From an uncultured Prevotella sp. (GTDB lineage: Bacteria; Actinomycetota; Coriobacteriia; Coriobacteriales; Eggerthellaceae): a stretch of DNA of 64,000 nucleotides. Position 1 is the stretch's first letter; each line of letters begins with the position of its first letter. The notes beneath the pieces were generated by a model. The model was not told the DNA's origin. It did no database searches and saw nothing but the letters and a program-made list of their open reading frames with translations. The stretch spans positions 10,121 through 74,120 of the forward strand of contig CAVBST010000005.1 in assembly GCA_963598325.1 (NCBI GenBank), given 5' to 3'. This document shows positions 37,463 through 46,484 of this stretch, piece by piece. The position numbers were made by a program, and so were the translations under genes.

Positions 37463-37793
37463 GGCAGCTGCCGCACAGGGAATGCGCTGCGTCTATCTTG
37501 TGCGACTGCCTGTTCTCGCCCACATAATGGTTGTCGGGCATCTTACCGGCCTTTTTCAGGAACGGGTCGGCCTCGCTGCTCGAACCATGGCAGCCGTAGC
37601 AGCCTTCCGCACCCAAGCTCTCATAACGGCCCTCGTGGGCAACGGAGAGCATGGGCGCAGCGCCTTCGGGCGTATTGAAGGTCTCGGACGGCGAGGTGAT
37701 GGCGTTCGTGGAATAGCACCCGCCCAGGGCGCATGCAGAAAGCATGAGCCCCGAGACGGCTGCCACAATGACGATGTTCCGCTTCATCTTCAT
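37434..37793 (-). CDS. napB: Dihaem cytochrome c, NapB-like, predicted lipoprotein
   Basis: ATG at 37793 after AGGAGG. Signal with LSAC/LGGC lipobox. Two CXXCH motifs (CYGCH, CGSCH). Confidence 0.8.
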   Translation of the reverse strand: MKMKRNIVIVAAVSGLMLSACALGGCYSTNAITSPSETFNTPEGAAPMLSVAHEGRYESLGAEGCYGCHGSSSEADPFLKKAGKMPDNHYVGENRQSHKIDAAHSLCGSCHVQQRKAGE

Positions 37794-37805
37794 GGCTCGC
37801 ACCTC

Positions 37806-40394
37806 CTAGACCTTTTCGATGCGAACGGCGGTTTTCTTGTAGTCGGGCTCCTTCGAAAGAGGGCAATAGACCTCTTGCTGGGCAAGGTTGACCAGGGTCT
37901 CCTCGGCGAAGAACGGTATATAGCACATATGATGGGTCGGCTGCGTTCGTCCTGCACTGGAAACCGTGCACTCAAACGAGCCCCAGCGGCTGGTAACCCT
38001 CACGCGGTCGCCGTCCTTCACGCCGATCTCGTCCATGTCCTGGGCGCAAAGGTCCATCAGGGCCTCGGGCAGGGCGTTGTCGAGCTCGGGCACGCGACGC
38101 GTCATGCTGCCCGTATGCCAATGCTCCAGCAGACGGCCGGTAACCATGTAGAACGGGTACTCGCTATCGCGGATCTCGGCAGGAGGCTCATAAGGATGGA
38201 AGGTCACGCAGGGTTTGTGGTCGGCGGTCTTGTAGAACGAGATGCCATCGGTCTTGTCGGTTTCACCCCACTTCTGAACGTTCCAGGTGTCGTAGCCGTC
38301 TTCCTGCTTCCCGGCACCGTTGAAGCGCCACTTTGTGGCGTACCATTTGCCGTCGATCTGCTGGGTAGGCCACGTAAGGCCATGCTGGGTGATGTACTCG
38401 TCGTACGGCGCCAGGCGCTTGGCGGTAAGCTTGAGCGGGCTCCACCCTTCCTTCTTGTCCAGGTTGTCGTGGATGCGCAGCACGCGCTCGCTGGAATAGC
38501 TGTTCTCGGCCGGGTCGGGGTTCGAGAAGGTACGGTACTCGTTCCAGATCTCGCGGCATACATCCCGTTGATTGTCGTACTTGAAGTCGCCCGCATCCTT
38601 GTCGTACCACTTGCCGAACAGGGTATCGAAGGCGTCGTTGTCGCCGATCTTCTCGCCGTCGAGCACGCGCTTGGCGATCTCCATCAGCATCCACAGGTCC
38701 CAACGGGCGTCACCCGGAGGATCGCAGGCCTTCTCGAACACGGCCGTGCGGCGCTCGCCGTTGCCGAACATGCCCTCGCGCTCGATCCACATGGCTGCGG
38801 GAAGCACAACATCGGCGTACGCCGTGGAAAGCGTTGGGTACACCTCGGAAACCACGATGAAGGTATCGAAGATCCCCGTATGCTCGCCGTCCCTGCCAAG
38901 GAAGCGGTTGAGGTCGGTCATGGATTGGGCCCAGTTGTTGTGGGCGGTCCAGATGAAGTCCATGTTCCCGTTCGACATCTCGCGGAATATCTTGGTGGTG
39001 TGATACCCCGGAGTGGAAATGTCCTCGAGCCAGTTCTCGGGCAGATCCCAAACCGCTTCGGTGTAGCGGCGGTGCTGGGCATTGGCAACAACCAGATCGG
39101 CCGGCAAGCGATGGCTGAACGTGCCCACCTCGCGAGCGGTGCCGCACGCAGAGGGCTGGCCGGTAAGGGAGAAGGGCCCGTTGCCCGGCTTGGCGATCTT
39201 GCCGGACAGCAGATGGCAGTTGTAGAAGTTCTGGTTAACCCACGTTCCACGGTTATGCTGGTTCGCGCCCATGGTCCACAGGCTCATGATCTTGCAATTC
39301 GGATCGGCGAATGCCTCGTAGAGCAGCTGCAGGTCTTCCACGGAAACCCCGGAAAGCTGGCTTACGTACTCATAGGTGTAGGGTTCCACAAGCTTGCGGA
39401 ATTCCTCAAGGTCGATCACGGTAACCTTTTCGGCGCTCTTGCCCTTGTCCGATTTGTCGTACGAGTCGCGGTTCGCGAAATCGTTGTTGCCGATGTCTTC
39501 CTGGCCGTGCTTGAAGCACACATGGTCCTTCACGAAGTCCTTGTCGTAGGTCTCGTTTTCAAGCAGGTAGCGGCAGATGCAGTTGGTGATGGCCAGATCG
39601 GTGTTGGGTTCGAAAACCATCACCTTGTCGGCCAGCGCGCTGGTGCGATTCCTTACGGTGGTTAGGTCGTAGTGCTTCACGCCGTCTTGCTGCTTGCGCG
39701 CGGTGATGCGGCTGAACAGCATGGGATGGGCTTCGGCCATGTTGGCGCCCCAGGTAATGAACAGATCGGCATAGTCGATGTCGGCATAGCAGCCGGCAGG
39801 CTCGTCGGTGCCGAAGGTGTTCATGAACGCCACAACCGCAGATGCCATGCACAGGCGGGCATTCGGGTCGATGTTGTTGGAGCGCAGGCCCGCCTTCCAG
39901 AACTTGGACGTGGCATAGCCCTCCAAGATGGGCTGCTGCCCCGAGCCCCAGAACGCCAAGCGGCTCTTGTCCTTCTTCCAGGTTTCCCGCATCTTGCTTG
40001 CAACCAGGTCAAGCGCCTCGTCCCACTCGGCTTCGCGGTACACCTTCCGATCGTTCGACCCCTTGGTGGATTTATCCAGGCGGATAAGCGGCTTGGTAAG
40101 ACGGTCGTTGCCCTTCAGGATCTTGGCCAGGTAGTAGCCCTTCACGCAGTTCAGGCCACGGCTGGAATCGTTGTTCGGGTCGCCGGTGATGCTGATGATC
40201 TTGCCGTTCTGGCTCTCAATCAGAACGCCGCAGCCGCAGCCGCAGAAGCGGCATACGCCAACCGTGGTGGTTACGCTGTTCTTGTCGATAGACTGGTTCG
40301 CCTTGGGGGCACAGCCAGCAAGCGAACCCGAGACAGCAGCACTGGCCGCAGCGATGGCAACCAGCTTGATGAAATCTCGCCTTGAGTACTCCAT
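37806..40394 (-). CDS. napA: Periplasmic-type nitrate reductase catalytic subunit NapA (Mo-bisPGD), Tat signal plus lipobox
   Basis: MEYSRRDFIK...SLAGC. The 4Fe-4S motif CRFCGCGCG. NapA-specific blocks (RGLNCVKGYY, SNNIDPNARLCMASAV). RBS AAGGAGGAG. Confidence 0.92.
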   Translation of the reverse strand: MEYSRRDFIKLVAIAAASAAVSGSLAGCAPKANQSIDKNSVTTTVGVCRFCGCGCGVLIESQNGKIISITGDPNNDSSRGLNCVKGYYLAKILKGNDRLTKPLIRLDKSTKGSNDRKVYREAEWDEALDLVASKMRETWKKDKSRLAFWGSGQQPILEGYATSKFWKAGLRSNNIDPNARLCMASAVVAFMNTFGTDEPAGCYADIDYADLFITWGANMAEAHPMLFSRITARKQQDGVKHYDLTTVRNRTSALADKVMVFEPNTDLAITNCICRYLLENETYDKDFVKDHVCFKHGQEDIGNNDFANRDSYDKSDKGKSAEKVTVIDLEEFRKLVEPYTYEYVSQLSGVSVEDLQLLYEAFADPNCKIMSLWTMGANQHNRGTWVNQNFYNCHLLSGKIAKPGNGPFSLTGQPSACGTAREVGTFSHRLPADLVVANAQHRRYTEAVWDLPENWLEDISTPGYHTTKIFREMSNGNMDFIWTAHNNWAQSMTDLNRFLGRDGEHTGIFDTFIVVSEVYPTLSTAYADVVLPAAMWIEREGMFGNGERRTAVFEKACDPPGDARWDLWMLMEIAKRVLDGEKIGDNDAFDTLFGKWYDKDAGDFKYDNQRDVCREIWNEYRTFSNPDPAENSYSSERVLRIHDNLDKKEGWSPLKLTAKRLAPYDEYITQHGLTWPTQQIDGKWYATKWRFNGAGKQEDGYDTWNVQKWGETDKTDGISFYKTADHKPCVTFHPYEPPAEIRDSEYPFYMVTGRLLEHWHTGSMTRRVPELDNALPEALMDLCAQDMDEIGVKDGDRVRVTSRWGSFECTVSSAGRTQPTHHMCYIPFFAEETLVNLAQQEVYCPLSKEPDYKKTAVRIEKV

Positions 40395-40434
40395 GATCTC
40401 CTCCTTGAACCTCGTCGCATGCAAGCGGCGCGGG

Positions 40435-41040
40435 CTACTTCCCCTTCTTCTCTTGGGCGGCGATGCTCACAACCTTCATCGCAACCTTCGGATCGCGCAC
40501 TACGCATCTCTGAACGCATAGCCCGCATCCGGTGCATTTTTCCTTGTTCACGGTAGGGATGAACTTCGTATGGATGGAATCGTTCTCCATTGCCTGGAAC
40601 TCGATGGTGATGGCCTCGTCGATAAGCGGGCACACGCGATAGCACACTTCACAGCGCATCCCCTGATAGGCGATGCAGGTGTTCTCGTTGATCTTCGCGT
40701 ACCCCATGTTCACATCGTGCTTTTCGGACACATCGCGAAGCGCCCCTGTTGGGCACGCTGCCACACAGGGAAAATCGGCGCAAAGGCGGCAGGCGCGGTT
40801 CTCCACATCGAGCGTCGGCGTGCCGGCGGCGGCGCCCTGCGTCAAATCCGCAGGATAGATGGCCTTATGGGGGCACGCTTCGATGCATTTCCCGCATTTT
40901 ATGCAGCGGGACATGAAATCCGATTCGCCTTGGGAACCAGGCGGCCGCAAAAGGGAAGACTTGCCCGTTGCGGCAGAGTAAACCCCTTCAGCCACCACAG
41001 CAGCAGCGGCCACGCCGGCAATGACGTTGCCAAACCCCAT
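40435..41040 (-). CDS. napG: NapG-like poly-ferredoxin (4x 4Fe-4S)
   Basis: CIKCGKCIEACP, CRLCADFPCVAACP, CEVCYRVCP and CTGCGLCVQRC. Has an N-terminal hydrophobic helix but no twin-arginine motif. Confidence 0.8.
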   Translation of the reverse strand: MGFGNVIAGVAAAAVVAEGVYSAATGKSSLLRPPGSQGESDFMSRCIKCGKCIEACPHKAIYPADLTQGAAAGTPTLDVENRACRLCADFPCVAACPTGALRDVSEKHDVNMGYAKINENTCIAYQGMRCEVCYRVCPLIDEAITIEFQAMENDSIHTKFIPTVNKEKCTGCGLCVQRCVVRDPKVAMKVVSIAAQEKKGK

Positions 41041-41074
41041 CGTTCCTCCTCATAGCTCCGAGCGCGCTTGTCCT

Positions 41075-41086
41075 TGAACGCGTTCA
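41075..41086. promoter_or_regulatory. Perfect 12-bp palindrome TGAACGCGTTCA, 35 nt upstream of the napG start
   Basis: The sequence is self-complementary. It sits in the 127-bp ccmD-napG gap, downstream of a GATAAT hexamer (minus strand, 41104-41099). Confidence 0.5.
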
Positions 41087-41167
41087 GTCCCTACAAGGAT
41101 TATCGCACGTGAGAAGGCCAGGTGGGGCATCTTCGCCCGCCCAATACCGAAAGCAGCGGGTAAACCC

Positions 41168-41365
41168 CTACCCCAAGCGCTGCGTGCCTTCCCGCTCCTT
41201 ACGTTCCTCTTCAAGGACGTCGAGGCGGCGGGCCAAGTTGGATTGACGCCGGAACTGAACCAAAAGCCAAACCAGAAGGGCAGCAAGCACCAAGGCATAA
41301 GCCGCTATCAAGTAAGGAGCAGAGGGAATTACCGTGCTGTAGATCTCTTCTAGGATCGGGTTCAT
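41168..41365 (-). CDS. ccmD: CcmD-like small haem-export protein
   Basis: 65 aa with one TM helix (YLIAAYALVLAALLVWLLV) and a charged tail. The position directly after ccmC supports the call. Confidence 0.7.
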   Translation of the reverse strand: MNPILEEIYSTVIPSAPYLIAAYALVLAALLVWLLVQFRRQSNLARRLDVLEEERKEREGTQRLG

Positions 41366-41367
41366 GA

Positions 41368-42129
41368 TCAGGCCCTCTCTTTCTCTTCAAGAGCACAGGT
41401 GCGCTCGGCAAGGCGCGCATTGCGGAAGCATATGCGGTACATGGCAAACGCCAACGCCAGCATGCCTGCACAGCAGACAGCTACCGTAAACGCCATATCG
41501 GGAGCAAGCCCGCCCTCGCGGAACACCACCGGGTGCAGGCTAGACGGAAGGATGCGCGTAACGGCGAAGGTTATGGGAACATCGGCGAAGGCAACAAGGC
41601 CCAAAACCGCGCTGAACGCCGCACTTCGCTCCGGATCGTCAACGGCGTTGCGCAAGACGAAGTAGCCAAGGATAACCAGAACAAGCACCAAATAGGTGGT
41701 AAGGCGAGGCTCCCACGTCCACCACACGCCCCATTCGAAGCGCGTCCACATCTCGCCGGTGAACATAACTGCAAGGGCAAACACCAGCGATATCTCCATG
41801 CAGCATTTTGCGCAGGTGTCGAAACGCTGGTTGCGCGTAGCAAGGAACCGGATGCAGTAGTAGGCCATGAAGGCCAGGCCCGCCATAGAGGCAAGCGCGG
41901 CCGGCATATGGAAATAGAAGATCTTCTGCGAAAGCAGCAGCTTCGAGGAAACCATGCTGCCGCCTATGAGCTCGGCCCCATCTACGCGGGCACCGCTCAC
42001 CGGCGAGGCGTACAAAAACGCCAGCAAGAACCCGCCTAAAAGCCCTATCGCAGCAACTGCGAGGGCAAGCGGAACCAGCTTGTCGGGCCACTGGCCGATC
42101 TCAGGCAAGGGCCTTTTTCTTTTGCTCAA
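41368..42129 (-). CDS. ccmC: Haem exporter / haem-handling protein CcmC
   Basis: WWD motif WGVWWTWEPRLT. TTG start at 42129 after AAGGAGG. The track ORF is over-extended into ccmB. Confidence 0.88.
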   Translation of the reverse strand: MSKRKRPLPEIGQWPDKLVPLALAVAAIGLLGGFLLAFLYASPVSGARVDGAELIGGSMVSSKLLLSQKIFYFHMPAALASMAGLAFMAYYCIRFLATRNQRFDTCAKCCMEISLVFALAVMFTGEMWTRFEWGVWWTWEPRLTTYLVLVLVILGYFVLRNAVDDPERSAAFSAVLGLVAFADVPITFAVTRILPSSLHPVVFREGGLAPDMAFTVAVCCAGMLALAFAMYRICFRNARLAERTCALEEKERA

Positions 42130-42139
42130 AACAGCCTCC

Positions 42140-42862
42140 TTACGCTGAGACCACGAAATCGTAGAGCACCCATGAGAGCAGCCCCATAACCACATCGTAC
42201 ACACCGATGATCGCCACCGAGGGGACGAAGACAGAAGAAAAGCCATCGCCCCCAACAAGGCACGCCGAAGTGGCGCATACGCAAGCGTAGAGCAGGGGGA
42301 ACAGCAGAGGAACGGCGAGCACTGCCAACATGACGTCCCGCCCGCGCGTGCTTGTTGTGACGGTTGCCAGCAAGGTGCCAACCGCAGCCATCCCCAACGT
42401 GCCCAAGGCCAAAGGAGCCAGGGCAAATTGCACGGTTTCGCCAAGCTGCTGGCCCTCCAGGAAGAAGAAGACGAACACCGGCGTCACTAGCAGTTCGACT
42501 ATTGCCAAGAACAGGAAGTTCGATGTTGCCTTCGCCAAGAACACCACAGACCGGTCGATGGGGGCGATAAGGATGGCATCGAGGCAATCGTTTTCCCTCT
42601 CGTAGGCAAACGACCTGTTCAACCCAATAAGGGAGGTAAACACGATGAGCACCCAAAGAAGCCCAGAGGCCACGCCGCGGACGTCTTCGCCCAAAGAAAC
42701 CTGCGAAAGGGCAACTCCGTAGACGATCAGGACCAGCACCGCATACAGCACCATGGAGCTGAGCATGTCGAACGTGTGGAACTCGCGCTCTACGTCCTTG
42801 CGAAGAAGGGCGCGGTATTGGGAGAGCATCGAAGGCGATCCGCCTGTGCGAGCACCCATCAC
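42140..42862 (-). CDS. ccmB: Haem exporter membrane protein CcmB
   Basis: Six-TM CcmB-like protein. The start overlaps the ccmA stop. Confidence 0.85.
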   Translation of the reverse strand: MMGARTGGSPSMLSQYRALLRKDVEREFHTFDMLSSMVLYAVLVLIVYGVALSQVSLGEDVRGVASGLLWVLIVFTSLIGLNRSFAYERENDCLDAILIAPIDRSVVFLAKATSNFLFLAIVELLVTPVFVFFFLEGQQLGETVQFALAPLALGTLGMAAVGTLLATVTTSTRGRDVMLAVLAVPLLFPLLYACVCATSACLVGGDGFSSVFVPSVAIIGVYDVVMGLLSWVLYDFVVSA

Positions 42863-43572
42863 GCACCTCTCCTTCCAACGGATTCGCGATAGACCTGCTC
42901 GAAGCTGCGGCCCGCCATTTCATCGCGGCCGCAGAAGAGCTTCACCTTCCCCTTTGCCAAAACAAGCAAGTGGGTGCAGAGTCCATACCCCTTCGCAAGG
43001 TCGTGGCTCACCATCACGATGGTGCGCCCCTTGCGCTCCCGTGCCAAGATACCGTCCAGATCATCGGCGGCGTAAGGGTCAAGGCCGGAATACGGCTCGT
43101 CGAGCAAGAGGATCGCCGGATCGTTGACCAAGGCGCGTGCGATTGAGAGGCGCTGGGTCATCCCACGCGAATAGGATGAAACCACATCGAAGCGGCGATG
43201 GTAGAGTCCCACATCCCTGAGCAGCTTTTCCGCGCGGACATCTGCATCCCCCACCCCGTAAAGCCGTGCGAAGAGCTTCAGGTTCTCGTAAGCCGTAAGC
43301 TCGGGGTACAGAAGCGGGCTGTGAGACACGAGCCCGATAAGCGCCCTTACCTGCTCGGGGCGCTCGAGCGCATCTACCCCTTGCAACGCAACCTTGCCTT
43401 CGGTTGGCCGGGCAAGGGTGGCCATCAGACGAAGAAGCGTGGTCTTCCCTGCGCCATTGGGGCCGAAAACGCAGACGAAGGCCCCTTCGGGCACCGACAG
43501 GCTGACATCGGCCAGGGCCGAACGGGTGCCGAAGCGCTTCGACACTCCCTGCAATTCCAGGGCAACTCCCAT
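42859..43572 (-). CDS. ccmA: Haem exporter ATP-binding protein CcmA
   Basis: Walker A GPNGAGKT, ABC signature YSRGMTQRLS, Walker B LLLDEP. Confidence 0.88.
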   Translation of the reverse strand: MGVALELQGVSKRFGTRSALADVSLSVPEGAFVCVFGPNGAGKTTLLRLMATLARPTEGKVALQGVDALERPEQVRALIGLVSHSPLLYPELTAYENLKLFARLYGVGDADVRAEKLLRDVGLYHRRFDVVSSYSRGMTQRLSIARALVNDPAILLLDEPYSGLDPYAADDLDGILARERKGRTIVMVSHDLAKGYGLCTHLLVLAKGKVKLFCGRDEMAGRSFEQVYRESVGRRGA

Positions 43573-43573
43573 A

Positions 43574-45685
43574 TCAAGCAGCCTCCTTGGCTCGAGCCGG
43601 CCCGCGCTTCAGCTTCCCTACGAAAGCCAAAGCCATTCCGCAGCTCAACAGGGCAAAGCCAGCCCAAACCACGCTGATAAGGGGGTTGATCCGCACGTCC
43701 AGGGAAAGGTAACCCGTTTTGGCGTTCACGCCCTTGTACACCACAAACAAGTCCTCGGTCGGGAACCCGAGCACGCTTGCATTGAGCTTCTGCTGCTGGG
43801 TGCTTGCCACCAGCTGGACAGACGGGCTTGCCGTTCCAACCTGACTGCCATCATGCAAGACGTTGAAGTCTACCTGGTACATAACGTCCGAGCTTTCCAG
43901 CTGGGTTACCGACTGGCCCTGGTAGGCGAGCTCGTAGCCGCCGATGCTGAATGTTCCGTTAGCGGAATCGGTCGCAGAATCATATTCCAAATACCCCGCA
44001 TTCTCGGTTACGTACATCGAGGAGCCGATAAGGCCCACGAGCATAAGCCCCATTGCCGCATGGCACAAAAACCCACCTATGGGGGCCGCGGTTGCCGCAT
44101 GGCTTTTTATGGAGCGGCCGATCATGCAAACCGCATTCGCCATAAGCACGCTGGCCACGGCAAACCCCACAACTGCCAAGCCGTTGTAGTACCACGATGG
44201 CCCCATTTCCAGCAGCGCTTCGGCATTGCTCCCGCCGGCAGCCACCGTTGCATCATACGCAGGCAGAAGAACCTGAGCGAAGTACAGCATCAGCACCGCG
44301 AAAACCACCGCAGCAACAGCTGCAGGCAGCCGCAGCTTGCGCAGGAGCTTCTTCTTGTCGGTCTTCGCCCATCCAAGCATCGGGCCTATCGCGATAAGCA
44401 GCAAGTACCCTATGCCCAACGGCCGGGCTATCGCATTGAAGGTTCCCGTGCTCACCGATTGCCCGCCGAACGGCAAGAACGCCGGAAGCGCCGAGGATAT
44501 TGTCATATAGCAGAGCAAGCATGAGGCCAGCAGCACGAAAACGCAGTTGATGTAGAACGCAACGTCTTTGGTGAGCATGCTTTCCGCATCCGCCCGCTCT
44601 TTTGGTGCGAAGGTTTTGCGGCGCAAAGCCAAGCCGATAGCCGCCGAGCCGACGGAAAGCACCATAAGCACAAGGAAGAACACCAGCGAAACCGCATCAC
44701 CCTCGAAGGCATGTACCGACTGCACCAAGCCGGAGCGGCTGATGAATGTTCCCACGATAACGAAGCAGAACGTCAAAGCGGCGCACATGATGGCCCAACC
44801 CTTGAACATGCCGCGCTGCCGGTACACCGTGAAGCTATGCACAAGGGCGATGCACATGAGCCAGGGCAGCAGGCTTGCGTTCTCGACAGGGTCCCAGCCC
44901 CAGTAGCCGCCCCACCCCAGGCAAACATAGGCCCATACGGCGCCAAGGCCGATACCGATCGTCAGGAACAGCCACGCGAATTGGGCATACGGAGAGCAGC
45001 GCTTCACCCATTGCTCGCTGGCATCGTTGCATACGAGGGCCGCGATGGCGTAAGCGAAAGGAACAGTAAGGCCGGCATAGCCCAAAAACAACGTGGGGGG
45101 ATGCACCGCCATTGCCCAGTGTTCAAGCAGGGAGTTCATCCCCAAAACGCTGCCGGCCGAAGTAACCTGCATAGTTGCGTAGTCGAAGTACTTCTCGTCG
45201 GTGGCCGTGAAGGGCATATTGTCTTCGCTGAACAGCAGCACCCCAACGAAGAGCGCCAGCACAAAGGCCATCACCATCAACGCAACGCTGTCCAGGCGCT
45301 TAGGGCTGTTTGCCTCTTTGCGGGAAACCAGCACGGCGAACATCCCGATAAGCCATGCCCAAAATAGCAGCGATCCTTCGCGGCCAGACCATAAACCACT
45401 AAGTCGGTACATCCAGCTCAGGCTGCTGGTGTTGTCTGAGCGGTTGTCCAGCACGTATTGAATCGTGCAATCGCCCGCCATGAACGCGAAAACCAGCACG
45501 GCGCACGATACGGTAAGCCCTGCAAAGCAGACGATGCTTGCCGTGCGCCCCGCCCAATCCAGGGCTTCCGCTGTGTCGGCGTTGCCCTTCGCGGCCATTC
45601 TTGCGCCGAATCCAAGGCATACCACGCAAAGCACGCAGCCGAAGAACGCCAAAAGCAACCCGACAAGCCCAATCAAGGAAAGCAT
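43574..45685 (-). CDS. ccmF: Cytochrome c haem lyase / haem-handling protein CcmF
   Basis: 703 aa, multi-TM, with the WWD motif WGGYWGWDPVENASLLPW. Confidence 0.92.
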   Translation of the reverse strand: MLSLIGLVGLLLAFFGCVLCVVCLGFGARMAAKGNADTAEALDWAGRTASIVCFAGLTVSCAVLVFAFMAGDCTIQYVLDNRSDNTSSLSWMYRLSGLWSGREGSLLFWAWLIGMFAVLVSRKEANSPKRLDSVALMVMAFVLALFVGVLLFSEDNMPFTATDEKYFDYATMQVTSAGSVLGMNSLLEHWAMAVHPPTLFLGYAGLTVPFAYAIAALVCNDASEQWVKRCSPYAQFAWLFLTIGIGLGAVWAYVCLGWGGYWGWDPVENASLLPWLMCIALVHSFTVYRQRGMFKGWAIMCAALTFCFVIVGTFISRSGLVQSVHAFEGDAVSLVFFLVLMVLSVGSAAIGLALRRKTFAPKERADAESMLTKDVAFYINCVFVLLASCLLCYMTISSALPAFLPFGGQSVSTGTFNAIARPLGIGYLLLIAIGPMLGWAKTDKKKLLRKLRLPAAVAAVVFAVLMLYFAQVLLPAYDATVAAGGSNAEALLEMGPSWYYNGLAVVGFAVASVLMANAVCMIGRSIKSHAATAAPIGGFLCHAAMGLMLVGLIGSSMYVTENAGYLEYDSATDSANGTFSIGGYELAYQGQSVTQLESSDVMYQVDFNVLHDGSQVGTASPSVQLVASTQQQKLNASVLGFPTEDLFVVYKGVNAKTGYLSLDVRINPLISVVWAGFALLSCGMALAFVGKLKRGPARAKEAA

Positions 45686-45686
45686 A

Positions 45687-46382
45687 CTATTCCCTCACCG
45701 CCACGCTTGTTGCGTTGAACACGCCGTTGCCGTCTAAGGCTCCCTGAATAACCAATTTGGTACTCGGGGTATCCTGGCCTTGCGAAATGGCGCCTTCGTA
45801 GTGAACGGGAACATGAACATCAGCCTCGGCTGCGTCATTCAACGTGAACCGTATCGGCTCTTCTACGGTGCCGATACCCGAATCGGCAAGAACGCCTTCG
45901 AGCTTTACCGTCTTGCCGATCATCGACTCCCCATATCCCAGCAAGGCGGATACCGAAAGGGCATCGGAAGCATTTTCATATTTCGATGGGCACTTGGTAA
46001 CCAATTCCGTGGCAACTAAGGTTCCGTCATCCGAGATTCTGCCAGTGCATATTGCCGAAATGCCATTGCCGAACGTTGATGAAACGCCCTTATCGTAGGA
46101 AACGCGAACGGTCGGGGCCTTTCCGGAAGCCGCATCAGCAGATGCCGCGCCCTCGTCGCACAACGAGAAGGTCAAAACCCCTTGTTCATCAATTTCGTAC
46201 GAGTTGTCAACAACCGTTCCCGATACCTCTACCTTCTGGCCGGCAAAGCCCCCTTCGGCGCAGTCGGCCACCGAAACCGCTTTGGCCGCAGTGCTTCCCC
46301 CGATCACGGCAAACGCTATCAAGACGGCGATGACGATCAAGCCCGCAACAACCACAAGACGGCGTTTCATCTTTGCGTTCAT
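45687..46382 (-). CDS. ccmE: Haem chaperone CcmE variant: TM anchor, an OB domain ending in CPSKY (CxxxY), and a second CcmE-like OB domain
   Basis: Aligns to CcmE (GQKVEVSGTVV..LTFSL.D..VRVSYDKG..ICTGRISDDGTLVATELVTKCPSKYE). Residues ~141-231 repeat the same pattern without a haem-binding motif. Confidence 0.8.
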   Translation of the reverse strand: MNAKMKRRLVVVAGLIVIAVLIAFAVIGGSTAAKAVSVADCAEGGFAGQKVEVSGTVVDNSYEIDEQGVLTFSLCDEGAASADAASGKAPTVRVSYDKGVSSTFGNGISAICTGRISDDGTLVATELVTKCPSKYENASDALSVSALLGYGESMIGKTVKLEGVLADSGIGTVEEPIRFTLNDAAEADVHVPVHYEGAISQGQDTPSTKLVIQGALDGNGVFNATSVAVRE

Positions 46383-46484
46383 AGTTCCAATCTCCTACAC
46401 AATACGAGCCCCCAACAAGGTCTATGCCAGTTAGGGGCCCGCACCAGAGCTTCAACTCATCTTATCCCGAATCAGAGACCCAGC

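Noticed and set aside
41075-41086. Reading the GAAC..GTTC dyads as LexA/SOS (Cheo-type) boxes.
   Set aside because: Gram-positive and actinobacterial SOS boxes have GAAC-N4-GTTC spacing. These sites have N2 spacing and sit upstream of energy and transport genes, not DNA-repair genes.
41368-42444. A 358-aa version of CcmC overlapping ccmB by about 300 nt.
   Set aside because: The N-terminal 104 codons overlap the CcmB coding frame and have junk composition. A TTG at 42129 with an AAGGAGG RBS gives a normal-length CcmC.
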